Origin: an uncultured Bacteroides sp.
Lineage (GTDB): Bacteria; Bacteroidota; Bacteroidia; Bacteroidales; Muribaculaceae
Length of the DNA: 64,000 nucleotides
Direction of reading: 5' to 3'
Assembly: GCA_964433215.1 (NCBI GenBank)
Contig: CAYSQI010000002.1
Span: forward strand, 66,496-130,495
Of the stretch, positions 1-10,105 are shown in pieces. The translations under genes were made by a program, and so were the position numbers. Position 1 is the first letter of the stretch; each line of letters opens with the position of its first letter. Below the pieces are notes generated by a model. It was not told the origin of the DNA, made no database searches, and saw only the letters and a program-made list of their open reading frames with translations.

Positions 1-564
1 AACGTGCAGGTGGTGTCGACGCCACCGGCGCAGCCTACGAAAATTTCGGCGTCGTCCTCGGAGTCGAGGTTGATGAGGTACTTGCCTGAAATCATGCCGT
101 CGCCGAGGTTGTTAGCGCCTGTGAGGCCGGTCTCTTCATCGACGGTGAATAAGCATTCGATGGGGCCGTGAACGAGCGACTCGTCGACCAGGGCGGCCAG
201 CGCGGCTGCCATGCCGATGCCGTTGTCGGCGCCGAGGGTGGTGCCGTCGGCGCGGAGCCATTCGCCATCGACGATGGTAGTGATGGGCGAGTTATCGAAG
301 TCGAAGTTTTTGTCGTTCGATTCGCAAACCATGTCCATGTGGGCCTGTAGAATAACGACCGGAGCTTGTTCGTGGCCGGCGGAGGCGGGTTTGGTCATGA
401 CGACGTTGCCGATAGCGTCGGTCTTTGCGGCGATGCCGTGCTTGGCAGCGAAGTCAAGCAGGAATTGGCGTATCTTGCCTTCTTTTTTCGAAGGGCGGGG
501 AACCTTGGTGATCTGGTCGAAAATATCGAAAACCAGAGCGGGCTTGAGATCTTTGATTGTCATA
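1..564 (-). CDS. pepD: Aminoacyl-histidine dipeptidase (M20 family), N-terminal part; runs off the window start
   Basis: My translation from ATG at 564: MTIKDLKPALVFDIFDQITKVPRPSKKE...LQAHMDMV...TTLGADNGIG...LFTVDEETGLTGA...INLDSED, the typical PepD metal-binding motifs. Confidence 0.93.
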
Positions 565-743
565 TTCGGTTAATATTTTTTGAGTTTGCCAAAAGTCGTG
601 AATTAAACTTTAAGAACGGTTAATGAATGTGGCAGAATGTTAAATTTATTTATTTCAGCGCTCTAAGTTACAAAATAAAATTGAGAAATCGCCAAAATTT
701 AACGAACGTTTCTTATATTTGCACAGAAATTAGAAATGAGGAG

Positions 744-908
744 ATGAAATTGCTGCTTTTGACGATATTCATACTAGCCTTGGCCGTTGTGCTTTTGGGC
801 GTAAAGGTGTTTTTTGTCAAGGGTGGAAAATTTCCAAGTATGCACGCACACTCGTCGGCCGAGCTTCGACGCCGCGGTGTGGGATGCGCCACCTCGGATC
901 GCGATTGA
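744..908 (+). CDS. Small membrane-anchored hypothetical protein (54 aa)
   Basis: MKLLLLTIFILALAVVLLGVKVFFVKGGKFPSMHAH...: hydrophobic N-terminus and GKFP motif resembling small proteins upstream of ompH in Bacteroidales; start chosen downstream of TATATTTG promoter motif rather than the track start 627. Confidence 0.65.
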   Translation: MKLLLLTIFILALAVVLLGVKVFFVKGGKFPSMHAHSSAELRRRGVGCATSDRD

Positions 909-955
909 AATAATTAATAAGAACCCATATAAATCAAGAACCATCACAGTTCATT

Positions 956-1567
956 ATGAAGAAATTTACAATTGCAGTAGCTGCATTCATGGCTGTTTGT
1001 GCTATGACTATGGCCAGTTGTTCGAATGGCAGTGGCAAGGCTGAAGTGCCGGTGTTAGGCGACTCGACCGCAACCGCCATCAACATCCGCTATGTCAACA
1101 TGAACCGCATCGGTCAAAACTATACCCTGGCCCAGGAGCTCTTTGCCGAGCGCCAAAAGATGATGCTCGACTTCCAGAACCAGGCGGCAGCCAAGGATAA
1201 TCAGTTGCAGCGCCTTTATCAGACTATTCAGCAAAAAATCAACAATAACGTATATCTGTCGCAGCAGAGCGCCGAAAGCGACCAGCGCGAATTCCTCAAC
1301 ATGCAGAATCAAGCCCAGCAGTGGAGCAGCCAACGTCTCGAAGAGATGGATCGCTATGCAGCCCTTCAGACACAGCGTCTGAACGACTCGATTCGTAGCG
1401 TCATTCGTGATATCTGCGTAGGTAACAATATCGATGCTGTCCTTGACGACACTGTTACTTATTTCGCAAATCCGCGTCTTGATATCACCGACGTTGTGAT
1501 CGAAGAACTCAATCGTCGCTATGGCTCGGTAGCTCCCGTTGCTGCAGATAGCACCAAGGTTAAGTAA
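956..1567 (+). CDS. OmpH/Skp-family periplasmic chaperone, lipoprotein-type signal
   Basis: Signal with ASC lipobox; IRYVNMNRI N-terminal strand, long Gln-rich coiled coil, C-terminal LDITDVVIEELN typical of Skp/OmpH. Confidence 0.85.
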   Translation: MKKFTIAVAAFMAVCAMTMASCSNGSGKAEVPVLGDSTATAINIRYVNMNRIGQNYTLAQELFAERQKMMLDFQNQAAAKDNQLQRLYQTIQQKINNNVYLSQQSAESDQREFLNMQNQAQQWSSQRLEEMDRYAALQTQRLNDSIRSVIRDICVGNNIDAVLDDTVTYFANPRLDITDVVIEELNRRYGSVAPVAADSTKVK

Positions 1568-1591
1568 AAAATTCGTACTTTATATACTTTC

Positions 1592-1623
1592 AAAGGGGGT
1601 CGACGTGAAGTCGGCCCCCTTTG
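1592..1623. terminator. Bidirectional intrinsic terminator between convergent genes
   Basis: AAAGGGGGTCGAC-GTGAA-GTCGGCCCCCTTT hairpin with A and T tracts. Confidence 0.8.
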
Positions 1624-1643
1624 TCGGTATGACGGGGTTTGTT

Positions 1644-3176
1644 TTATTGAAAGATTTGTTTAGTGGCGGAGTTGGCGGTGCGGCGGATGACGATTTGGCC
1701 CGGCTCGGGCGTCGCGATTGGCATTCCTTGCAGGTTGTAGAAGGTGGCGGGGGTGTCGGTGGGGTCGACGGTGGGGTCGTCGATGCCGAGGACTTCGGTG
1801 AGGTCGAGGTACATCGGTCCCGAGGTGTAGGAACCCTGTAGGTCGGTGAAGTTGACGTTCATCCAGTAGTCGGCGCCTTCGGTGATGAAGCCGACGTAGA
1901 TGTGGGCGACGTATGGGAAAGTGATGCGGCCGTTTTTGAGGAAGCCGCCGTAGCTAAGGTCTCGGATTTCTGCCTTCGTTTTACCTTGCGCCAAGAGTTG
2001 CGAAGCACGCGAAGCGATGCGGACGTCGCCGTCTTCTTCGGTGCGGTAACCCACGGGGCCTTCTTCGACGATCACGCAGTCGGGGTCGGAAGCGTCGAAG
2101 TATATGTAGTGGTCGTGCGAGCCGTGAGTGGCGGTCGACAGCACGTTGCCTTCGAAGTCCTTGAACGGGTTGACGATGCGGTAGCGCCCCGGGGTGTTGA
2201 CATCTTCCTGAACGTCAACCTCGATTTCGCCGAGTGTGAGGTCATAGGCATGAGTGACGGTGAAATCGTAAAACTGTGCTTTGCCCGGGAGGTCGCGCCA
2301 GCCGGTCGTGGCATCGGGCGCGTAGACTATGGTGTAATCGAATTCTTGAGTGTTGCCGTCGGCGTCGAAGGTGAAGGCCACGATGTAGACCGGTTGGCAA
2401 GGCTTGATGTCTGACGGGAGGACGATGAGGGTCTCTTGTCGTGGGGCCAAGCGTGCGTGATTTTTCAACACTGCGGCAATTTGTTCCGGGTCGTTCAAGT
2501 CCGTGACAGTGCCGACGATGATGTCGGCAACGTCGTCGCCGGCTTGTGCGGAGACGAGAGCTTTGCCATCGACCGCGCACCACGAGCTGCTGCTGAGTTC
2601 GATTGAGTAATCTTTTGCGTCGGGCAGCTCAAGTCGCCAAGCGCCGTTGGGGTTGCCACCGTAGCCTTGGCCGTTCTTATCGAGTGATGGTTGTGTTATC
2701 CAGAGCGCCCCCGGGGTGGGGAATGAAATAATGCCGTCCTTCAGCGTGCCTGTGAAGCCGAGGTTTTCGATGACGGCTTTCGACAGGTTGCCGTTTTTTG
2801 TCAGCCACGAGTAAGAGTACATGAAGTATTCTTCCTCGTGATATATAATTCCGAGGTTTGTCGGCTCGATGATTACAAAGTTGGGGTCAGTGGCGTCGAT
2901 GACCATGTATCGGGTAGCCTCGTCGTGGCTGACGTAGTAATCGTATTTTTCAATGTCGGGGTTGGATCGGATTGGCTCTACGATGCGATAGTAGCCTTCG
3001 TTGGCTACGTCTTTTTCGACTTCGACTCTATAAGAGGCGGGTTGAGTGTCGAAGATTATCGACAAAATGTCATCGGTGTACATTGCTGTTCCGAGCGACT
3101 GCCACTGATGTGGCGTTTGAGCGGCAGAAACAAAACCGAGTAAGGCTACGAGAGTGATTGTGTAGATTCTTTTCAT
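1644..3176 (-). CDS. Secreted hypothetical protein with an internally duplicated domain and a T9SS-like C-terminal sorting domain
   Basis: Signal peptide; two copies of W..L.G.A..D...V.V..D....G.YRIV.P...Y...DA.DP..V; C-terminus ATFYNLQGMPIATPEPGQIVIRRTANSATKQIF. Confidence 0.75.
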   Translation of the reverse strand: MKRIYTITLVALLGFVSAAQTPHQWQSLGTAMYTDDILSIIFDTQPASYRVEVEKDVANEGYYRIVEPIRSNPDIEKYDYYVSHDEATRYMVIDATDPNFVIIEPTNLGIIYHEEEYFMYSYSWLTKNGNLSKAVIENLGFTGTLKDGIISFPTPGALWITQPSLDKNGQGYGGNPNGAWRLELPDAKDYSIELSSSSWCAVDGKALVSAQAGDDVADIIVGTVTDLNDPEQIAAVLKNHARLAPRQETLIVLPSDIKPCQPVYIVAFTFDADGNTQEFDYTIVYAPDATTGWRDLPGKAQFYDFTVTHAYDLTLGEIEVDVQEDVNTPGRYRIVNPFKDFEGNVLSTATHGSHDHYIYFDASDPDCVIVEEGPVGYRTEEDGDVRIASRASQLLAQGKTKAEIRDLSYGGFLKNGRITFPYVAHIYVGFITEGADYWMNVNFTDLQGSYTSGPMYLDLTEVLGIDDPTVDPTDTPATFYNLQGMPIATPEPGQIVIRRTANSATKQIFQ

Positions 3177-3286
3177 AAGAAAAACACGATTGGAAAACGA
3201 ACTGTGGCAAAGGTAAGTATTTTGATAAAAAGCACAAAGGTTTTTTTGTGTTTTTGTAGAGAGTTCGCTAAGCGAGTGCTGAATAT

Positions 3287-3326
3287 AAAAAGAGCAATCC
3301 CGCTCCGAAGTGGGGGCGGGATTGCT
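3287..3326 (-). terminator. Intrinsic terminator of the OmpA gene
   Basis: AGCAATCCCGC...GCGGGATTGCT stem with A tract on the plus strand (U tract on the minus strand). Confidence 0.8.
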
Positions 3327-3348
3327 TAAGCTGTATGGTTAAAGATGC

Positions 3349-4560
3349 TTATTCAGCTTCTTCGATGGTGACAGCGCGGTCGAGCGAAACGTACTTTTCG
3401 CCGTCAACGGTGATGTTGCAGAGGCTGCCATTGTTGGTGGTAGCGGTGAGCTGCGATTCCGAAACGCCGAGTTTAACGAGCTGGTTGTAAACGCCGTTTA
3501 CGCGGTTGTGACGGAGGGTTTCGTTGTATTCGGGAGTACCGGTGTAGTTGTCGGCCCAGCCGGTGAGGACATACTTGGTGTTGGGGTTCTGCTTCATAAC
3601 GTTAGCAATAGCGCCAATCACGTTCTTGTCCGAGCGGGTGAGGCTGTAGACGTTGATGGGATAGTAGATAGTGGCAAGGGGAGCCTTTTCTTCAACAGTC
3701 TGCACGGTAGCGGGGCGGTTGAGGCATTCGCGGAGCGAGTTCTCGAGGTCGTTAACACGAGCTTCCGAGGTCGAGAGGCGAGCAACAACAGCGTCGCAGT
3801 TCTGAGCGGGCGGGCAAACGGGAACGACGGGAGCGTTCCATTCGGTCTTACCGAAGAGGTAGGTGAAGCCGAGGTAAGCCTGAACGTCGAGGAAAGTGGG
3901 GTTGCCTGTAGTAGCAGCACCGCCTTCGAAAGTGCCGTCGTAAGCCGAAGCACGGAGGTCGAGCGACAGAGCGAAGTTCTTGCAAAGGTTGAACGAGTTG
4001 ATGATACCGGCGCGGAAGGTGAGCACCTTGTCCGAGTTATCCCATCCATCAGCATCGCCCTTTGTGTCGAGCGAGCGGCCGAGCATCCAGTAGCCACCGG
4101 CACCGCCGTAGAGGCTGAGGTTGTATACGCGACCGGGCTTGTAGCCGCAGAAGAGGTTGGTCAGGTTAACCATGAGGTCGAAGGTAGGACCAACAGCCAT
4201 TTGGCGAGTCTTGTAGTGACCTTCGGTCATGTGTTCTTGGGGCAGATAGCCGAATGCGTTATCTTCGCCCATACCTTTGAGGTACATCCAGTCAACACCG
4301 AGGCGGCCACCGAAAACGGGTGTAAACCACTTGCCGACATAGAGAGCGGCGTTGGGAGCAAAACGGTCGCCGAAGTCGCGAACGACGTCGTGACGCGAGA
4401 AGTTAACGTTTACACCACCCTGTGCGGTGATAAACCAGTTGTCCTTGAAAGAGTTCATCAGGTAGCCCTGTGAGGGATCGGCCTGAGTCTGTGTTTCCTG
4501 GGCAGCCATAGGAGCAACGGCCAGGGCACATGCAGCAGCGATTAAAGTAATCTTCTTCAT
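3349..4560 (-). CDS. OmpA-family outer membrane protein (Bacteroidales OmpA/Pgm6-like)
   Basis: Signal peptide, NWFITAQGG beta-barrel start, C-terminal OmpA peptidoglycan-binding domain (IYYPIN...LTGWAD..TGT..YN..L...R). Confidence 0.92.
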   Translation of the reverse strand: MKKITLIAAACALAVAPMAAQETQTQADPSQGYLMNSFKDNWFITAQGGVNVNFSRHDVVRDFGDRFAPNAALYVGKWFTPVFGGRLGVDWMYLKGMGEDNAFGYLPQEHMTEGHYKTRQMAVGPTFDLMVNLTNLFCGYKPGRVYNLSLYGGAGGYWMLGRSLDTKGDADGWDNSDKVLTFRAGIINSFNLCKNFALSLDLRASAYDGTFEGGAATTGNPTFLDVQAYLGFTYLFGKTEWNAPVVPVCPPAQNCDAVVARLSTSEARVNDLENSLRECLNRPATVQTVEEKAPLATIYYPINVYSLTRSDKNVIGAIANVMKQNPNTKYVLTGWADNYTGTPEYNETLRHNRVNGVYNQLVKLGVSESQLTATTNNGSLCNITVDGEKYVSLDRAVTIEEAE

Positions 4561-4750
4561 AGGAGAATTAAGTTAGTTATGTTGATTAAATAAATTTTCG
4601 TCGCAAAGCCTATGATGACTTTTAGACCGCTAAGTTACGAAGTTTTATTGATATTACGACTAAAAAAGTTAAAAAAATGTTGATTTTGGCTGAATTTTTA
4701 ACTTTTGGGGTCAAATTTCGCCAAAAATTCCTTTTTTTGGCGAAATTGCT

Positions 4751-6778
4751 TTATTTCAGTAAGGCGCGAACTTGTTCGTAAATGTTTTGCGGAGTGAAGC
4801 CGAATTTTTCGTCGAGGACCTTGTAAGGAGCCGATGCACCGAAGCGCGACAGGCCGTAGACTGCGCCGTCGAAGCCTCGAATGGCGCGGAGCGTCGAGGG
4901 CAGGCCGGCAGTGAGGCCGAAGTGGGGCACGCCGGGAGTCAGCACGCTGTTGCGATACGAGGCGGCTTGTTCGTTGAACAGGCCGACAGATGGCATCGAC
5001 ACGACGCTGGCGGCGATGCCGTCGGCAGCGAGCATTTCGGCAACGGTGCTGAGGAGCGACACTTCCGAGCCGTTGGCCACGAGGATTACTTTGGGGTCTT
5101 CAGCGGCGACGACTGTGTAGCCGCCACGGCGTACGCCGGCAGCGTCGGCGAGGCGGTTGCCGGTGGTCGATGGCAGGTCGTTGATGTCCTGGCGGGTGAG
5201 GATGAGAGCGGTGGGGGTTGCATCGTTCTGCATGGCCATATCCCAGCAAATCATGGTCTCGGCGGTGTCGGCCGGGCGAAGTACGAGCAGTGACGGGCGG
5301 CCTTCGAAGTTGCGAACTTCTTCGAGCAGACGAATCTGGGCTTCCTGTTCGATGGGCTCGTGTGTGGGTCCGTCTTCGCCGACGCGGAATGAGTCGTGTG
5401 TCCAGACGTATTTGACGGGGAGCCGTTGCAGGGCGGCCATGCGCACGGCGGGCTTCATGTAGTCGGAGAATACGAAGAATGTGCCGCAAGCGGTCTGGAT
5501 GCCGCCGTGTAGTGCGATGCCGTTCATGATGGAGGCCATGGTGAGCTCGGCTACGCCGGCGTGGAGGAAAGCACCGTCGAATTTGCCGGGTTCGAATGCT
5601 CCGCGCACTTTCTGGAATGCTTCGGTTTTGTCGGAGTTGGCAAGGTCGGCCGAAGACACAATCATGTTGGGCACGTGGCGGGCGAGCCAGTCGAGCACGT
5701 TGGCCGATGCGGTGCGAGTGGCGATGTTGGGCTTGTTGACGATTTCGCAGAAGTCAACAGCGGGCATACGGCCGCTCATCCACTGCTCGAATTCGGCAGC
5801 GAGTTCGGGGTTGGCAGCAGCCCAGGCAGCGATTTCGGCACGGCGTTTGCCGACAATCTCGCGCAGCTCGGCTTCGCGAGCGGCGTACAGCGCCTTGGTG
5901 TCGTCGAAGATCTGCCACGGATTTTCGGGGTCGCCTCCGAGGTTTGCGACAGTGGCGGCGAAGTCGGCTCCGCTCTTGCTCAGCGGCTGGCCGTGGGTCG
6001 AGCATTGGCCTTCAAAGTTGGAGCCGTCGGCTTTGACGCAGCCTTTGCCCATGATGGTGCGGCCGATGATGAGGGTGGGGCGCTTGTCTTCGTTCTGAGC
6101 TTCGATGATGGCTTTTTCGATTTGCGCGGGGTCGTTGCCGTCGATGTCGATGACATTCCAGCCCCAAGCCTTGTACTTGGCGGCATAGTCTTCTTCGTCG
6201 ACAGCGTCGACGTCGGTCGACAGCTGCACACCGTTGCAGTCGTAGAACATGATGAGGTTGGCTAGGCCGAGGTATCCGGCGATGCGGCCGGCGCCTTGCG
6301 AGATTTCTTCTTGGATGCCGCCGTCGGAGATGAAAGCGTAGGTCTTGTGGGCGTATGCTTCGCCGAAGTGAGCGGCGATGAATCGTTCGGCCAGCGCAGC
6401 GCCGACGGCCATGGTGTGTCCTTGTCCGAGGGGGCCGCTGGTGTTTTCGATGCCACGTCGCGGGTCGACTTCGGGGTGTCCGGGTGTGACGCTACCCCAC
6501 TGGCGGAACTGCTGCAACTCATCGATAGAGTACTTACCCGTCAATGCCAATACGGCATAAAGCATCGGCGACATGTGGCCGGGGTCGAGGAAGAAACGGT
6601 CGCGGGCGGGCCAGGTGGGGTCGTCGGGATCGGTAATCAGGAAGCGCGAATAGAGCGTGTTGACAAAGTCGGCGCCACCCATGGCTCCGCCGGGGTGTCC
6701 TGATTTTGCTTTTTCGACCATTGCAGCGGCGATGATACGGATGTTGTCGGCCGCGTGATTCATGACGTTTGTGTCCAT
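4751..6778 (-). CDS. tkt: Transketolase
   Basis: KSGHPGGAMG, RDRFFLDPGH, SGPLGQG, SDGGIQE (TPP binding), THDSFRVGEDGPTHEP. Confidence 0.97.
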   Translation of the reverse strand: MDTNVMNHAADNIRIIAAAMVEKAKSGHPGGAMGGADFVNTLYSRFLITDPDDPTWPARDRFFLDPGHMSPMLYAVLALTGKYSIDELQQFRQWGSVTPGHPEVDPRRGIENTSGPLGQGHTMAVGAALAERFIAAHFGEAYAHKTYAFISDGGIQEEISQGAGRIAGYLGLANLIMFYDCNGVQLSTDVDAVDEEDYAAKYKAWGWNVIDIDGNDPAQIEKAIIEAQNEDKRPTLIIGRTIMGKGCVKADGSNFEGQCSTHGQPLSKSGADFAATVANLGGDPENPWQIFDDTKALYAAREAELREIVGKRRAEIAAWAAANPELAAEFEQWMSGRMPAVDFCEIVNKPNIATRTASANVLDWLARHVPNMIVSSADLANSDKTEAFQKVRGAFEPGKFDGAFLHAGVAELTMASIMNGIALHGGIQTACGTFFVFSDYMKPAVRMAALQRLPVKYVWTHDSFRVGEDGPTHEPIEQEAQIRLLEEVRNFEGRPSLLVLRPADTAETMICWDMAMQNDATPTALILTRQDINDLPSTTGNRLADAAGVRRGGYTVVAAEDPKVILVANGSEVSLLSTVAEMLAADGIAASVVSMPSVGLFNEQAASYRNSVLTPGVPHFGLTAGLPSTLRAIRGFDGAVYGLSRFGASAPYKVLDEKFGFTPQNIYEQVRALLK

Positions 6779-6875
6779 TGTGCGTGTAAGTTTGCAGATA
6801 GTTTTCTAATAAAGTTTGAAGCGCCCCGGTGGTCGGATAGTCGGCCGGCCGGGATGCTGAAGTAGATTGATGTCC

Positions 6876-6920
6876 ACGCCGGAAGCCTCGCGCGATTTGG
6901 TAACGAGAGGCTTTCGGCGT
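6876..6920 (-). terminator. Hairpin downstream of the MFS gene (probable terminator)
   Basis: ACGCCGGAAGCCTC...GAGGCTTTCGGCGT inverted repeat; no strong U tract. Confidence 0.55.
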
Positions 6921-6990
6921 GGTTATAGTATCGGGTATGACAATGTTGCGGTTGTCAAATTATAAACGTTGTCGAGTCGTAAAGGGTTTA

Positions 6991-8295
6991 TTATTCTACG
7001 GGAATGTCTTTGTTGACATTTTTGTAGCCAACGAGCGAGTACACGAAGATGTAGGCGAGCATGGCGAATACGAGCCAGTAGCTGGCCACGTAGCCGACGG
7101 TGCGGCCGATGTAGTCCTGGATGAAAGGCATGATGCCGCCACCGACAACCATGGTCATGAACAGACCGGAAGCTTTGGCGGTGTACTTGCCGAGGCCTTC
7201 AGTAGCGAGGTTGAAAATGCCACCCCACATTACAGAGGTGCACAGACCGCAAAGGATGAGGAACAGACACTTCATGGGAACTTCGCCTGAGGTGATGTTG
7301 AGGAACTTGATTTCGGGGAGAGTGAAAGTGTACTTTTCGGGGAGCAGGATGGCGGTGAGCACCAGCAGGAGAGCCACAGTCGACACTGTGAGAATCTGGG
7401 CGCGCGACGACACCTTGCCACTGATAATTGAGCTGCAGAAGCGGCCTACGAGCATCAGAAGCCAGTAGATGGCGGCGAGCGAGCCGGCCACGGCAGCAGC
7501 GCCTACGAAGTTCTCGCGGCTAATCCAGATGTTGAGCTCGCCGGGGATGCCGACTTCGATACCTACATAGAAGAAGATGGCGATGATGCCGAGGGTGCAG
7601 TGGCGGAAAGCCAGCGGGCTGCGTTCGTAGGTAACTTTGTTGAGGTTGGCCTGAGGTTCAACAATCTTGATGAACGAGATGATGATGAAGGCGAGGACGA
7701 AGATGACGATACCGGTCACGACCAGCGGGGTGACGGCGGTCATCGAGGTTTCTTTGGTGAGGGTGCCAACCAGAACGCCGACAAACATCGGGGTGAGCGT
7801 GGCCGACAGCGAGTTGAGAGTGCCGCCTACCTGGATGAGCTGGTTGCCTTTGTTGCCGCCGCCGCCCAGGAGGTTGAGCATGGGGTTAACTACGGTGTTG
7901 AGCATGCAGACGCAGAAGCCGCAGACCAAAGCGCCGAGCAGGTAGATGAACAGGTTGAGAGTGGTGGGAATAGCGCCGTTGATGACGATGACGTCGGCAC
8001 CGACCACGCTCGACAGAAGCTGAATGCCAAGGCCGATAGCGCCGACAGCCAGGGCGATAAGCGCGGTTTTCTTGTATCCGTAGCGGATAAGCATGTTGCC
8101 AGCGGGAATACCCATGAAGAGGTATGCTGCAAAGTTCATTAAGTTGCCGGCCATGCCTGCCCATTCGTATTTAAATCCCCAAATATTGCCGAAAGGTGCG
8201 GCCATATTTGTAACAAATGAGATCATTGCGAAGATGAAGAACATCGTAATAATCGCAATCAGACGACCATTTGATTTTTGATTAGTTTGACTCAT
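6991..8295 (-). CDS. MFS sugar transporter, FucP/GluP family
   Basis: About 12 hydrophobic segments; FFIFAMISFVTN, NTVVNPML, FFYVGIEVG, MVVGGGIMP motifs. Confidence 0.9.
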   Translation of the reverse strand: MSQTNQKSNGRLIAIITMFFIFAMISFVTNMAAPFGNIWGFKYEWAGMAGNLMNFAAYLFMGIPAGNMLIRYGYKKTALIALAVGAIGLGIQLLSSVVGADVIVINGAIPTTLNLFIYLLGALVCGFCVCMLNTVVNPMLNLLGGGGNKGNQLIQVGGTLNSLSATLTPMFVGVLVGTLTKETSMTAVTPLVVTGIVIFVLAFIIISFIKIVEPQANLNKVTYERSPLAFRHCTLGIIAIFFYVGIEVGIPGELNIWISRENFVGAAAVAGSLAAIYWLLMLVGRFCSSIISGKVSSRAQILTVSTVALLLVLTAILLPEKYTFTLPEIKFLNITSGEVPMKCLFLILCGLCTSVMWGGIFNLATEGLGKYTAKASGLFMTMVVGGGIMPFIQDYIGRTVGYVASYWLVFAMLAYIFVYSLVGYKNVNKDIPVE

Positions 8296-8471
8296 AGCGG
8301 TCTTTTAATTGAGGTTTAAGGTGTTGTTATTTTAAAGGTGGATATGTTTATTCGTTTAGCCAGTGCAAATATACGTATTAATTTGCTTAAAAAGAATAGA
8401 TTTTTAGTTTTATTATTTTGAAGGCGTATGATTATGACCTGAATTTTGTAGTGTATGGTCGGTTATGAGGT

Positions 8472-9137
8472 TCAGTATTCGCGTTCGCCGAAGATGACTG
8501 TGCCGACGCGCACCATCGTGGAGCCGGCCTCGATGGCCAGCGGGTAGTCGCCGCTCATGCCCATCGACACGGTGTCGAAGCCTTGCAGGTCGGGGCATAG
8601 CTCGCGGATGCGGCGGTGCAGCGCAGCGATTGCTTCGAAATCGGCTCGCACGCGCGCCATGTCGTCGGTGTTGGTGGCCATGCCCATAATGCCGCATAGG
8701 CGAGTGGCTCGCAGCGATTCGAAGCGGCGGGCGGTGAAGTAGTCGAGCAATTCGTCGGGAGCAAAGCCGGTCTTGGTCTCCTCGGCGGCTACGTGCACTT
8801 GCAGCAGTACGCGCTGGCAGATGCCTCGGGCGGCGGCGATGCTGTCGACCAGGTCGAGTAGGCGCTGCGAGTCGATGCTTTCAATCAGCTCGGCGTTGCC
8901 CACGAGTGCCTTGGCCTTGTTGGTCTGCAAGTGGCCGATGAAGTGCCAGTGTATGTCGTCGGGTAGCGTAGCGCGCTTGTTGAGCAATTCGCGCACGCGG
9001 CTTTCGCCGAAGACGCGCTGGCCGGCGGCGTAGGCTTCGGCGATGACGTCGGCCGGGTGAAATTTCGACACGGCGACGAGCGTCACACCTTCGGGCAACG
9101 TTTTGCGAATTGCTGATATGCGCTCGGCAATCGACAT
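8472..9137 (-). CDS. yggS: PLP homeostasis protein (YggS/PLPBP family)
   Basis: LVAVSKFHP, FGESRVRE, WHFIGHLQTNK, SMGMSGDY..AIEAGSTMVRVG. Confidence 0.95.
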   Translation of the reverse strand: MSIAERISAIRKTLPEGVTLVAVSKFHPADVIAEAYAAGQRVFGESRVRELLNKRATLPDDIHWHFIGHLQTNKAKALVGNAELIESIDSQRLLDLVDSIAAARGICQRVLLQVHVAAEETKTGFAPDELLDYFTARRFESLRATRLCGIMGMATNTDDMARVRADFEAIAALHRRIRELCPDLQGFDTVSMGMSGDYPLAIEAGSTMVRVGTVIFGEREY

Positions 9138-9571
9138 CAGTCTTTCACTTTCATGCGATAGACATCCATCAACTTAGTTTCGCTGATAGATACGATATCG
9201 TAGTCGGAGGCTGTGCCTTTCATGTAGTCGAGAAAATTGTCGTAGGCCGACTTGAAGTCAGAAGCCTGAATCAGTATCTGCGACACCGAGCGCTTATCTG
9301 CGCCTGTCTTTTCGTCGATGGTGATAAAGCCGACTTTTACGAGGTACCAACGGTCGTAGCCGTCGTAGAATCCGATTTCACCGATTTGCGAGCGCTTCAC
9401 GGCTGCTACGGTGAATGAGCCGGAGATGAACGGGCGCTGCTCTTCGGTGATGCGGGCTTCGGCCTCGGTGAAGGAAAGGGCGTCGACCAGGTAAGGTTCG
9501 GTTACCTTTTTGGCGGCGCCATTCTCTTGGATTTTATCGAATGTTACTTTACATTCAAACCAGTTTGCCAT
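9137..9571 (-). CDS. DUF4494-family Bacteroidetes conserved protein
   Basis: MANWFECKV...EPYLVDALSFTEAEARI...ETKLMDVY; start of yggS overlaps its stop codon. Confidence 0.85.
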   Translation of the reverse strand: MANWFECKVTFDKIQENGAAKKVTEPYLVDALSFTEAEARITEEQRPFISGSFTVAAVKRSQIGEIGFYDGYDRWYLVKVGFITIDEKTGADKRSVSQILIQASDFKSAYDNFLDYMKGTASDYDIVSISETKLMDVYRMKVKD

Positions 9572-10006
9572 ATTATATATAATTAATGTGTAAATGCGGC
9601 TTACGCCTCACACGGCAAAGTTACGAAAAAAAAGCGGCGTCCGGCATAAAAAACAGAAAAAAACTGCAATCGCCTGCGCAATCGGCTCGCGGTATAGCCG
9701 GAGGTGTAGTCGGTGTGATGATTATGGTTTATAAGTGTGAGTTTGTCGTTTTTTTTCGGACCTTCGCGGCAGTTGGTCGATAGAAAAAGCGGGTTTGTTG
9801 CAGATGTGTCGAACGATAATGTTGAGAAAATGTGTTTTTTGACATAAAAAATCGCACTTTTTGGCATAACACATAATGTGCTAAAAATCAATCAAATAGA
9901 AATTTAAGTTATGAAAACTGAAAGCAAAATCGATAAAAAAATGACGTTTTAAGTGTTAAAATCGAAAAATTCTGCCGATTTTTTGCTAAAAATTGTTGAA
10001 AAGTGA

Positions 10007-10016
10007 TTATCTTTGC
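10007..10016 (+). promoter_or_regulatory. Bacteroidetes -7 promoter element upstream of susC
   Basis: TTATCTTTGC matches the TAnnTTTG consensus about 90 bp before the susC start. Confidence 0.65.
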
Positions 10017-10105
10017 AGACATAACTTTTCGCGCAATGACGCGAAATGCTTCAAAAACTTGGAAAAATATCACTTTATTTATTCTATGTCTAACTATTTT
10101 TTAGT

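Noticed and set aside
3508-6703. Long opposite-strand ORFs in the track, such as 3508..4473, 12431..13288, 19682..20563, 37891..39147, 39364..40494 and 57724..58728
   Set aside because: Shadow frames of well-supported genes, expected from GC-rich codon bias; no motifs of their own
9572-10105. Invertible promoter or shufflon upstream of susC, and ORF 9601..9891
   Set aside because: No flanking inverted repeats or recombinase seen; the ORF is low-complexity, runs across divergent promoters and lacks coding character
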